Under the pieces are notes generated by a model. It did no database searches. It was not told where the DNA came from and saw only the letters and a program-made list of their open reading frames with translations. The position numbers were made by a program, and so were the translations under genes. From the IMG/VR virus record IMGVR_UViG_3300020455_000616: a stretch of DNA of 64,000 bases. One strand, 5' to 3'. Positions 38,899 through 47,321 of this stretch are shown piece after piece. Source of the DNA: a virus. Position 1 is the first letter of the stretch; each line of letters opens with the position of its first letter.

Positions 38899-39278
38899 TA
38901 TCTCTTATATGCTTTGATACTTGTAATCTTACCTTCTGTGTTAATATGAATTACATCGACCACTTCTAATGACCATGTTAATGTCATCTGTGTATTACCA
39001 TCATCATCTACTTCCTGCTTTGCTTCTGCGTTCTCTCCATCTATGACAATCTCACATGCAAACCAGTCCTTATCATTGCTATAAAAATATACTGGTTTAA
39101 CTGTGATATACTTCACATTTGAGTATATGTCTTTAATTGCATCAAGTACATTCTCCTTACCTTCTACATCAATGTTCCAATCACACAAATGAATATCTTC
39201 AGCAAATGACTCTGCCAACCCTTCAATATTCTGATTGCTAAAGTCTTTGAAGTACTGTAGCACTGTGTTAGTCATCAT
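38898..39278 (-). CDS. SnoaL/NTF2-like protein
   Basis: YFKDFSNQNIEGLAESFAEDIHLCDW...GKENV...VVDVIHINTEGKITSIKAY. Confidence 0.8.
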   Translation of the reverse strand: MMTNTVLQYFKDFSNQNIEGLAESFAEDIHLCDWNIDVEGKENVLDAIKDIYSNVKYITVKPVYFYSNDKDWFACEIVIDGENAEAKQEVDDDGNTQMTLTWSLEVVDVIHINTEGKITSIKAYKR

Positions 39279-39404
39279 GATCTTCTCCTCCTACGTTTCT
39301 TTTTAAATAACCTTTGATAGATAGGTCTGACCAAAAACAGATCTATCAACTCATATAAAAATACAAATCCTAAGAATACTACCATTCCTACTATAACTAT
39401 GTAC

Positions 39405-39698
39405 TCAACGAGTTTCATCATGATCTTCTACCTTTGTGAATGAACTATCATAGTTATGTCCTTTATGTGGCAACCATCCTGTGAATGTTGCTCTATGACT
39501 CTGTACACATATTGCTCCTGACCATGACACTGCACTAAGCGTCCCTCCACCATAGCAACTCTTTGTTTTTGTGAGATAATCTAACAAGTAATCCCATTCA
39601 TCTGGGTTTATCTTGTGTTCTATCTCAACCAGTGCAATGATCCTATCCAAATCTTCTTTGGACATCAGTCGCATTACCTCTGATTTATCTCTGTTCAA
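39405..39698 (-). CDS. Hypothetical protein
   Basis: ORF directly downstream of a consensus promoter. Confidence 0.55.
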   Translation of the reverse strand: MNRDKSEVMRLMSKEDLDRIIALVEIEHKINPDEWDYLLDYLTKTKSCYGGGTLSAVSWSGAICVQSHRATFTGWLPHKGHNYDSSFTKVEDHDETR

Positions 39699-39719
39699 AG
39701 TCTCATACCCACTGCGTAT

Positions 39720-39747
39720 ATTATACTATCTCCTTCATTTTTGTCAA
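39720..39747 (-). promoter_or_regulatory. Sigma70-type promoter TTGACA-N16-TATAAT
   Basis: tgtcaa 39742-47 and attata 39720-25. Confidence 0.75.
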
Positions 39748-39823
39748 ACTTCCCTGTCGGGTCTTAAAGATATTATAGAGTATCCCCAAGCAACCATACA
39801 AAGGTATGTATAACCCTGAGATT

Positions 39824-40033
39824 TTACACCTCTCGTAAACTGTACAGTTCAATGTACTGTTCGTAATGTTCGACCAATCCCTCTGTATCAGAGTGACTCA
39901 TAATCCATGCATTGCTACACTCATAGACTGCTCGGTTATCCTCTCTGCCGACCTCATTGGCATGCTTGAGAAGTAAAATCAAACATTTTTGCCTGAGTTC
40001 TTCCTGTTCCTTAGTCCATTCATGTTGTGACAT
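39824..40033 (-). CDS. Hypothetical protein (start likely MSQHEW)
   Basis: WTKEQEELRQKCLILLLK...AVYECSNAW. Confidence 0.7.
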   Translation of the reverse strand: MSQHEWTKEQEELRQKCLILLLKHANEVGREDNRAVYECSNAWIMSHSDTEGLVEHYEQYIELYSLREV

Positions 40034-40365
40034 TAACATCCCTCCGACGAATGTACTCCATCCCACTCCTCTGTTACCCAAGGTGGGGTCTGGTCATTGT
40101 TAAAAATTGGCGTTTTCACATCCGTTTTCGGAGCGTTTTCTCTGAGTACTTCATCTAATCTATCTAAATCTTTGCCGTTCTTTGCTTTTGCTGCTTTACT
40201 ATGTCTCTTAATAACTGAATCAATTGGTTCGTTATTTGTATATGCTTCCTCTAAGACATAATCCAACTCTCTACTACCTGTGTATGTTGGAGTTGTTGGT
40301 TTATCTAAAATTGATAGTAATCTATCTAACTTAATGTTAATCGCTGCTAACTCCGAATCACTCAT
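40033..40365 (-). CDS. Hypothetical protein (start likely MSDSEL)
   Basis: ORF track; GGAG upstream. Confidence 0.65.
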   Translation of the reverse strand: MSDSELAAINIKLDRLLSILDKPTTPTYTGSRELDYVLEEAYTNNEPIDSVIKRHSKAAKAKNGKDLDRLDEVLRENAPKTDVKTPIFNNDQTPPWVTEEWDGVHSSEGC

Positions 40366-40555
40366 TGCCAGTCTCCTGTGTGTCATGTGCTATATTTAGA
40401 GGATTCTCAGGAAGGGAGACTCTCATGTCCAATGTATATAAAATACGTCCAATCTGCCTATTGATCAGTGTAGTATTGTACTTGTTACCTAAATCGGTAA
40501 GTGCTTCTTCAATCAATTCAAATTGGTCTTGAGTTACAAACATGAGTTGCTCCAA
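40358..40555 (-). CDS. Hypothetical protein
   Basis: ORF track; operon packing. Confidence 0.6.
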   Translation of the reverse strand: MEQLMFVTQDQFELIEEALTDLGNKYNTTLINRQIGRILYTLDMRVSLPENPLNIAHDTQETGNE

Positions 40556-40576
40556 ATAATTAAATGTTCAGGTGAG

Positions 40577-40828
40577 TTACTGCTCCCAGTACATAGCATT
40601 AAACTCTGCTATGTTAAGATAGTCATCATTATGACAATTTTGTAGAGAATCTACATCCTCTTCTCCATTATCATTATATGGGATGAATACAAATTCTTCG
40701 CAGAAGTATTCAACTGCAATACCACCAAGTCGTTCACACGCTCGGAGCATATCACCTATCTCATGATCTTCCATACCACATATGTCAATGCAAAATGCGA
40801 TATCACGTTCTAATTGAGTTTGAGACAT
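40577..40828 (-). CDS. Conserved cyanophage hypothetical protein
   Basis: LERDIAFCIDICGM...ACERLGGIAVEYFCEEF. Confidence 0.75.
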   Translation of the reverse strand: MSQTQLERDIAFCIDICGMEDHEIGDMLRACERLGGIAVEYFCEEFVFIPYNDNGEEDVDSLQNCHNDDYLNIAEFNAMYWEQ

Positions 40829-40846
40829 TGGATTTATGCAATGAAT

Positions 40847-41201
40847 AAAAAAAACAGCAAGGTCAAGAGGTGCTTCACCTGACTACATTAGACTTACAGG
40901 ACGTAATTTCCCTGCTGAACAGAGACAACCATAGATCCTTGCAATGGACAGGTACTAACTCATGCTGCGGTTAGTGTGAGAGGAACGTGGGGCACTGATC
41001 TGGGTTTCACCCATGTTGCCCAAATTTACCCTATGGGAATCGCTTACACCTGAACCCCCAAACTTAATCGGGGCATAGGAACCACATAAGTTACCTCTGC
41101 GGTCATCAACTGGAGGGGAAGTCAATTACCTTAACGTCATGTCTCCGCTTCTCACCAAAAATGGAATGTCGGAGTAGTTAAGAACCTCACTTATGTTGAT
41201 G
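40847..41201 (-). ncRNA. Large (~355 nt) multi-domain structured RNA candidate
   Basis: Own extended -10, at least 10 nested helices, terminal U8, no substantial ORF. Confidence 0.7.
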
Positions 41202-41206
41202 AACCT

Positions 41207-41244
41207 ATTATAACACAATAAAAAAGCATCCGTGAAGGATGCTT
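41207..41244 (-). promoter_or_regulatory. Terminator fused to extended -10 TGT-TATAAT (drives the ncRNA)
   Basis: Hairpin region 28/29 identical to the terminator at 29596-29624; TTCACG-N18-TATAAT. Confidence 0.8.
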
Positions 41245-41263
41245 AGGACAGTTTTATAATTGG

Positions 41264-41974
41264 TTACGGTGTGGGTGGTGTGTTAAAATTATATGGATGA
41301 AGTTTACCTGTATATTCAGGTTGTTCTCCTCCTGCTAATTCCTCTGGTGATACACCTCCAGTTCCATACATACCTGCTGGATTGCTCATAGAAGACGCTA
41401 CAGCAACTGTTGATTCACCACTAACTCCAGTACTATATGTTCCGTAATACCCTGTAGGATTTGCTTCTGCTGATGGTACAGGAGGATTAGGATTAGTGAA
41501 GTCTGCTGTTGTAACTGGTTCAACATAATATGGTCCAGCAGCATCATGATCATAATATCCTGCTGGATATGCGTCACTTGATGCTATACTGACCTCACCA
41601 CACATTTTTGTATCAACATTAAATGTTTGTGCATCTGTATCTGCTATACTAACATGCACATCACTATGACCATCAACAAAATATGCTGCTGTTGGATATG
41701 CTGCTGTATTACCAGCACCTGTTAATGTTATATCATCAGATGTAATGGTTACTGGATATGTACCTGTAGGTGCATCAAGCAGGTCAACTGCTCCACTAAC
41801 CTTATCTACCTTTTGTCTATAATAGTCTAACTGACTATTCAATTCTGCTTTAAACTCATCAATAATAACTTGTGCTGTTACTCCAGCATCACTCAAGTAG
41901 TCCGCAATAACAGATCTAAGTTTATCTCTTCTGTTATGTTCGTAATTTGACACTAACTGTTCCTCATTTGTCAT
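41264..41974 (-). CDS. Hypothetical protein: helical N-terminus plus Y/P/G/A/T-rich extension
   Basis: ORF directly behind a perfect promoter; start MTNEEQ. Confidence 0.75.
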   Translation of the reverse strand: MTNEEQLVSNYEHNRRDKLRSVIADYLSDAGVTAQVIIDEFKAELNSQLDYYRQKVDKVSGAVDLLDAPTGTYPVTITSDDITLTGAGNTAAYPTAAYFVDGHSDVHVSIADTDAQTFNVDTKMCGEVSIASSDAYPAGYYDHDAAGPYYVEPVTTADFTNPNPPVPSAEANPTGYYGTYSTGVSGESTVAVASSMSNPAGMYGTGGVSPEELAGGEQPEYTGKLHPYNFNTPPTP

Positions 41975-42000
41975 GTTATCCACCAAATTAATACTAGGAC

Positions 42001-42029
42001 ATTATATAGACACTGGTGGAGTGTGTCAA
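42001..42029 (-). promoter_or_regulatory. Perfect sigma70 promoter TTGACA-N17-TATAAT
   Basis: tgtcaa 42024-29 and attata 42001-06. Confidence 0.9.
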
Positions 42030-42042
42030 ATAATATTGTGTC

Positions 42043-42267
42043 CTAAAGTTGTTCTAATTCTTCAGCAATAGCATATAATTCTTGTGTTGCTTTTAATGTA
42101 AGAGTATCACATTCATCAACTACTAATCTTATAAACTGTGCTAATGCCTTAGATCCTATTTTACTCTTAGGTAACTTAGTTGTACGTGATAACTCTCCAA
42201 TGGTTCGCAAATAAGAATTCTGGAGAATCTCCGCTCTATGCATTTTTCCGTCCGATCCTAAACTCAT
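42043..42267 (-). CDS. Hypothetical protein (start likely MSLGSD)
   Basis: Start abuts the GT11 stop. Confidence 0.6.
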   Translation of the reverse strand: MSLGSDGKMHRAEILQNSYLRTIGELSRTTKLPKSKIGSKALAQFIRLVVDECDTLTLKATQELYAIAEELEQL

Positions 42268-42268
42268 G

Positions 42269-43342
42269 TTAATACACCAATGTAAACGCACGTTGGTCTG
42301 GATTATCTAATCCTACCCACTTATCATTTATAAAATGACCAGCAATGGTTGCAGTCTGGTCATAACCATCCAAGTCCATTACTATTTGATCATCTATGCT
42401 ATCTGCTACATGCGATCCTTGCATCCAATACTTAGGATACACTACCTTCTTGGTATTAGATAACTCAACACCCCAAACACTGAATGAACTGTTTGCCATT
42501 ATATGATAGTCACACATGTGCATCATACACATATCATATGAATAGTTATACAAGTTATTTTTTATTTTACGTTTACCAACTGCACTCATCTCCTTGACTA
42601 TTTGTGATACTGGAACACCAGTTCTATCTGACATTATCTTCAACACCATCTTATAATAGAATCTACCTATGCCACTCTCATCAACAATCTTTAACATCAT
42701 CTGTGTCCAGTCACAGTTGACTACCTCATTGTTATTCTCAATGTCATGTACTAAATGGAATCGTGAACCAATAAACTTAGGATTATTCATTACATAATCC
42801 TTATCGTTAGTAAAGATTAGCACTGGTAAACCATCAGGCATTTGCTTTAGTGCATCCTCATAGTAATCATCATCTATTAAGAACATGCCACTCTGTATAT
42901 CCTCAAAATCTCCTCTTCTAACGTGCATAGAGATTACAGGAGTATCACCAAACTTATCCTCTTTAAACTTCTTACATGCGTCAGTTATCTCATCTCTAAA
43001 TGTAAAATGCTGTTTAATATCTTTTATCTGTGTTGTGTCAATAGCATTAATTGGTGTGGGATATCCAAACAAAGGAACATTATCCTCTACTCTTGCTAAT
43101 ACATCCTCAAACTGTTCATCATCTAAGAACTCTATTACCTTATCAATATTAACTTCTTTTGGATCTATCTCATCAAATACTAATGATTGGTATGTTGCTC
43201 TTAATGCTACTAGGTCATGCTTACCAACACCATACTTCAACCCTGAACGATTACATAATGCTCTCATCATTGCATAACATGAGTGTTGATACCCAAGTCC
43301 AGTACCAGTCAATTGATGTTCTTCGTTTAATTTAAGTGCCAT
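42269..43342 (-). CDS. Alpha-1,2-fucosyltransferase, GT11 family
   Basis: GLGYQHSCYA, SMHVRRGDF, LIFTND, MHMCDYHIMANSSFSVWG. Confidence 0.85.
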   Translation of the reverse strand: MALKLNEEHQLTGTGLGYQHSCYAMMRALCNRSGLKYGVGKHDLVALRATYQSLVFDEIDPKEVNIDKVIEFLDDEQFEDVLARVEDNVPLFGYPTPINAIDTTQIKDIKQHFTFRDEITDACKKFKEDKFGDTPVISMHVRRGDFEDIQSGMFLIDDDYYEDALKQMPDGLPVLIFTNDKDYVMNNPKFIGSRFHLVHDIENNNEVVNCDWTQMMLKIVDESGIGRFYYKMVLKIMSDRTGVPVSQIVKEMSAVGKRKIKNNLYNYSYDMCMMHMCDYHIMANSSFSVWGVELSNTKKVVYPKYWMQGSHVADSIDDQIVMDLDGYDQTATIAGHFINDKWVGLDNPDQRAFTLVY

Positions 43343-43360
43343 AACAATATTTTTATGTAT

Positions 43361-44155
43361 TTAGAAGTACAACTGCCAAACACCATCACATTTAACACCA
43401 TGACCTTGAAGACTTACTCTCCTATCATTAAAGTCTGCATTATATGCTGGAGCAATTTGATGAACAAGTTTACCAATGAACCAAAACATCTCACCTGCTT
43501 TATATGGTACTACTGTTGGTTCATCATAATCACCCCACTTACTATAATCTAATTCCTTTATGTGCTTAGTGTATTTGTTATCAATCTCATACTGCTTCAT
43601 TGACTCCTCTTCCCAAGTATTCAGACCACCACCATTCATAGGAACCTGAAGTGGTAGAGTAAATGATAGTGTATTCTCAAGATCTACTTCTTTAAAGTGA
43701 CTCCATAAAAAGTCATGTTGCTCATGCTGTAAGTCAACATGTATAGTAGCACTTGGTTGCTCCATATACATTTTAGTTGCCATCTTTGGTTGTTCATTTG
43801 GTTTAGTACCAAAGATATGGAATCCTGGCGTTGCAAGGAATTCTGCTATCTGACATTTACCAATAGTATCCCATAATGCACGTACAACATAATCATACAA
43901 ATTTCCAAAATAATCATTAAAAACAGGATTTTGTTCTTTTATGTAATCATAATAATATTGTAGATTTGTTATACCATCAATGTATGTTGCTACACCCAAA
44001 GTATAAAAATCAACAGGATTCTCTTGATTGGCAGTGAATCCACCTTCACCACAATAGATACCTCTCGGTATCCACCAATCCTTCATTAAATCAATGCGTT
44101 CAATAGTATTGTCTATTACTGCCTGATCTAATACTTCAAGATAACCTGATCTCAT
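43361..44155 (-). CDS. 2OG-Fe(II) oxygenase-like protein
   Basis: IHVDLQ (HxD), SFTLPLQVP..GGGLNTW, GKLVHQIAP, RRVSLQGH. Confidence 0.7.
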   Translation of the reverse strand: MRSGYLEVLDQAVIDNTIERIDLMKDWWIPRGIYCGEGGFTANQENPVDFYTLGVATYIDGITNLQYYYDYIKEQNPVFNDYFGNLYDYVVRALWDTIGKCQIAEFLATPGFHIFGTKPNEQPKMATKMYMEQPSATIHVDLQHEQHDFLWSHFKEVDLENTLSFTLPLQVPMNGGGLNTWEEESMKQYEIDNKYTKHIKELDYSKWGDYDEPTVVPYKAGEMFWFIGKLVHQIAPAYNADFNDRRVSLQGHGVKCDGVWQLYF

Positions 44156-44226
44156 TTTTTAAAAACACCGAACTTCGATAGTAACCACAGTGTAACTATT
44201 GTCCAACCTATTACATACCACATCAC

Positions 44227-44640
44227 TTATGCAACCTCTTCCCAATGGGAGTCGTTACCATTTTCTTCCATTACTTTTACCTTACGAGTAACATTCTTTG
44301 GTTTAGCATTTACTGCTAATTGTGCAGTTACAGTATAGAAGCAATTAACACCACTACCAGCATTGTTCTTAACCTCTACTCTCTTACCCCACTCTAATGC
44401 ACCAACAAATAACTCTTGATAGTAACCAACAGGTGTTAACTGAACATTGATAGTATCAAAATCAATAGTTCTAACTGCTTCAGGTGGTGTCTTACCTGCC
44501 CAGTCATCTGGGAATTCAATATAATTACCACCATTTAATTGACCACTGAATTGCACACCCTGATTTGCTTCAAGGAATTGCAATGCACCAACTGCTTCAT
44601 CATATATGGCATACTTTGGTTTTGCGTTAGGATCAGTCAT
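44227..44640 (-). CDS. Stand-alone protein resembling the C-terminal domain of cyanophage fibre/spike proteins
   Basis: GQLNGGNYIEFPDDW...INVQLTPVGYYQELFV...CFYTVTA. Confidence 0.5.
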   Translation of the reverse strand: MTDPNAKPKYAIYDEAVGALQFLEANQGVQFSGQLNGGNYIEFPDDWAGKTPPEAVRTIDFDTINVQLTPVGYYQELFVGALEWGKRVEVKNNAGSGVNCFYTVTAQLAVNAKPKNVTRKVKVMEENGNDSHWEEVA

Positions 44641-44852
44641 TGATACTTCTCCTCCTTTGCTTCCTTCAATGCTTCAACAATAATTCTTCTAAGTTGATTT
44701 GCTTTCTTTTTACCGAGTCCTGCTCTTGTGTCTATTTGAACCTTAATCCAATAGAGTATAATCAATACGATAAGGAACTGTATTCCCTCACCCCATGACA
44801 TATTCCATGCTTCATTCAAATTAAGACTTGCTGCTGCTAACAGATTAGTCAT
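44637..44852 (-). CDS. Small single-TM membrane protein
   Basis: GIQFLIVLIILYWIK hydrophobic helix with a basic tail. Confidence 0.7.
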   Translation of the reverse strand: MTNLLAAASLNLNEAWNMSWGEGIQFLIVLIILYWIKVQIDTRAGLGKKKANQLRRIIVEALKEAKEEKYQ

Positions 44853-44995
44853 CTAAATTCTCCAATTTTGTTTAATTTTGCGTCAACAGATTCAGGTGTT
44901 GCTCTAACACGATAGTCCACCTCATCCTCCTTACCTAGTCTGGTTATCATCTCTGATACCTGATCCCATAGGTTTTTGTATTCGATGTCCTTCAT
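44849..44995 (-). CDS. 48-aa hypothetical protein (not in ORF track)
   Basis: MKDIEYKNLWDQVSEMITRLGKEDEVDYRVRATPESVDAKLNKIGEFR; ATGA overlaps at both ends. Confidence 0.7.
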   Translation of the reverse strand: MKDIEYKNLWDQVSEMITRLGKEDEVDYRVRATPESVDAKLNKIGEFR

Positions 44996-45651
44996 TTGCC
45001 TTTAATCCAATTAACAAGTAATGTCCAAAGAGACTTACGAGCACTGCCTTGAATCTCATCAAACATATACATGTTCAATTTGAACGCATAGTTTGCTTCA
45101 GATATTATAGCATCTATCTGCGATTGGTCAAGATCTATAGCATCTAAGGTAGCACGATAGTCATTCTTATATGCTTTAGCATCCTCTATCTTATCAAAAT
45201 CATAGAAGTGTAACCCTTCACCCTCTGGTAAATCAGGTAATGTCTTCTCTGCTATACCTTTGAGTATTTGTCCTCCTGATAGATCACCAATGTATCTGGT
45301 ATAATGATGACCAATCAACAACAACTTATCAACATCATATATGCGTTTAACATACTGTTGGCATGCGTCAGTTGGTTTTATGATTGATTTCCAATTATCA
45401 CCATAATAATATGCAAGATCCTTCTCAAGTGAATTAGTCCTGTATAATACAGGATCATCAATCACTGCTACTATAGGGTTCTTACTAATCTCCTCCTCCA
45501 TTGCTTTATAAACAAAGTAGAAGTTTGCTATGAGTTTACGATACTCTTCAGGATCAACCACACCTCTAAGGAATGATGCAACAAACTTGGTATTCTCTGC
45601 TGCTGAGTGTGACTTCTTAGTTCCTGTCTTTAATTCTGTTGATAGGGTCAT
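44992..45651 (-). CDS. ho1: Heme oxygenase (auxiliary metabolic gene)
   Basis: LKTGTKKSHSAAENTKF (proximal His), HHYTRYIGDLSGGQILK, EANYAFKLNMYMF. Confidence 0.97.
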   Translation of the reverse strand: MTLSTELKTGTKKSHSAAENTKFVASFLRGVVDPEEYRKLIANFYFVYKAMEEEISKNPIVAVIDDPVLYRTNSLEKDLAYYYGDNWKSIIKPTDACQQYVKRIYDVDKLLLIGHHYTRYIGDLSGGQILKGIAEKTLPDLPEGEGLHFYDFDKIEDAKAYKNDYRATLDAIDLDQSQIDAIISEANYAFKLNMYMFDEIQGSARKSLWTLLVNWIKGK

Positions 45652-45962
45652 AGGTCTAATTCTAATTGTGTATCTTTTATACTGCGTGACTTAATAAACT
45701 TTAACTGATGCCAGTTTTGCTCATTACATAAAAGTAAAGTATGAATCATTTGATGCTTCATTGGTTTACCACTGGTGTATTCACATACCAATTTAGGTTT
45801 AACATCTATTTCAATGGTAATATATCTAGGATTTGTTCTAAATCCCTTCTTAATCTCTGGGACATCACCTACAAAGTAAACCCATCCTTCATGCGATCCA
45901 TATTCACCTTGATCCCAAATAACATAGTCGTCAACTTTGGGGAAGTAATTGTCATTCGGCAT
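45648..45962 (-). CDS. Conserved cyanophage hypothetical protein
   Basis: YFPKVDDYVIW...HEGWVYF...YITIEI. Confidence 0.75.
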   Translation of the reverse strand: MPNDNYFPKVDDYVIWDQGEYGSHEGWVYFVGDVPEIKKGFRTNPRYITIEIDVKPKLVCEYTSGKPMKHQMIHTLLLCNEQNWHQLKFIKSRSIKDTQLELDL

Positions 45963-46158
45963 TATCCTCTTGGGTTAGGTCGTTTATGAATAACCAATTA
46001 TCTGGGCAATCTTCGTCATCTACAACGAACTCTCCACGTAATGCTTCCGCATCATCAAGTCTATTACTTGATACTAACTCCATGCACGTCGTCATGAAGT
46101 ATTCTTCCACATGCTCTATGCACTTCTCATGTCGTGCCTGTGCTATGATCTCATCCAT
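45952..46158 (-). CDS. Hypothetical protein
   Basis: ORF track; acidic. Confidence 0.65.
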   Translation of the reverse strand: MDEIIAQARHEKCIEHVEEYFMTTCMELVSSNRLDDAEALRGEFVVDDEDCPDNWLFINDLTQEDNAE

Positions 46159-46179
46159 GATGTTCTCCTAACATATTAT

Positions 46180-46416
46180 CTATGTCGTAAAAGACGACAC
46201 GATGCCAACATCTTCACATTCGTCAACTTTAAGTCTTATTGCTTTTTTAATATGTGGTAGTATATTACCTACATGATCCTCTTGATATCCATCATCTAAA
46301 CCTAAACAAAAATCAAAACATTCTTGGTCACTTTTAGCAACCACATTTACTTGACCACCATACTCTGACTGAGGGAATGGAACCCAATAGTCTACGATGT
46401 AAAGATACTTATCCAT
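46180..46416 (-). CDS. Conserved cyanophage hypothetical protein
   Basis: YLYIVDYWVPFPQSEYGG...GIVSSFTT. Confidence 0.8.
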   Translation of the reverse strand: MDKYLYIVDYWVPFPQSEYGGQVNVVAKSDQECFDFCLGLDDGYQEDHVGNILPHIKKAIRLKVDECEDVGIVSSFTT

Positions 46417-46464
46417 TGTTGGAGTGAAATTACCTGAGTATTCTAAAGTAAAAAACCCTCTCCG

Positions 46465-46575
46465 TCAAGCGGAGAAGGTGTCATCATCATCAAGTTGATC
46501 TTCGTTGAATGATTCAAATACATCCTCGTTAAGATCATCTTCTTGGTCTTGGATGAGAAGTAAATCGTCGTTCAT
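46465..46575 (-). CDS. 36-aa extremely acidic peptide (not in ORF track)
   Basis: MNDDLLLIQDQEDDLNEDVFESFNEDQLDDDDTFSA; AAAGGA upstream; promoter -10 at about 46600. Confidence 0.65.
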   Translation of the reverse strand: MNDDLLLIQDQEDDLNEDVFESFNEDQLDDDDTFSA

Positions 46576-46610
46576 AATGAATCCTTTTGGTATACCCTAT
46601 TATACACACA

Positions 46611-47078
46611 CTATCCTACATGCACCACCATTTTGTGACAGTTCTTAAAGTGCCTGTAAAATTTGGGATTACCAGTAAATTGTGAATATAATAAATGTTC
46701 TTTATTCCTAGCATCTATCTCATGTGGTTGGTTATCATAATCATCTCTGTTTATCTCCTCACCTTTATAATGCATCCTACTACACTTACTAGTAAGATTA
46801 CCAGTCACCCATTGATGTACATGTACCATCTCATGTAACAGTGTTGTAGTGTAATCATGTTTACTCATCCTTGATTGCAAAGAGATCTTAAACTCTCTAG
46901 GTCTTCTGAATCCATCTATAACATCACAAAAACCATATGAATTATCATATCTCAATCCACAATGGTGTACATCAATCTCTATCTTATACCTTGGCATATA
47001 CTCAGCACAAAACCACTGAAGTATATCAGTACAAAGACGTTTGGAGTATCCATAACCTGATGTGCTGTAAAGGAGCAT
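46611..47078 (-). CDS. SprT-like zinc metallopeptidase domain protein
   Basis: TTLLHEMVHVHQW (HExxH), QPHEIDA. Confidence 0.8.
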   Translation of the reverse strand: MLLYSTSGYGYSKRLCTDILQWFCAEYMPRYKIEIDVHHCGLRYDNSYGFCDVIDGFRRPREFKISLQSRMSKHDYTTTLLHEMVHVHQWVTGNLTSKCSRMHYKGEEINRDDYDNQPHEIDARNKEHLLYSQFTGNPKFYRHFKNCHKMVVHVG

Positions 47079-47321
47079 TAGAAGAACCTCATCTCAAGTG
47101 TACTGATAGATGCAAATGCAACACGTACACCCCAGTGCATCATCCATATGAATGAGACAATGAAGATTAACTTCTCCTTAGCAGTCATGTCTTTGCTCAT
47201 TGGCACAACTCCTCAAATCTTTGGTTTGTAATGTTTATTCTATCATCTTCATCCAAATATGGGAACTCCTCTGTTACCTCATCAAATAGGTTTAAGAGAA
47301 TCTCTTCATGATGTAGTGTGC

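Noticed and set aside
41084-41196. Hammerhead-like arrangement (UUGAUGA-CC-GCAGA-GG-UAAC closed by an 8-bp stem III) in the large RNA
   Set aside because: Core deviates (U for C3, GUAA for GAAA), the cleavage triplet would be GUG, and stem I does not abut the core; not supportable as a ribozyme without an assay
40847-41201. tmRNA, RNase P or group I intron identity for the large RNA
   Set aside because: No tRNA-like ends or CCA, no GAGGAAAGUC, no GACUA/UAGUC P7 pair on one strand, and it does not interrupt a gene
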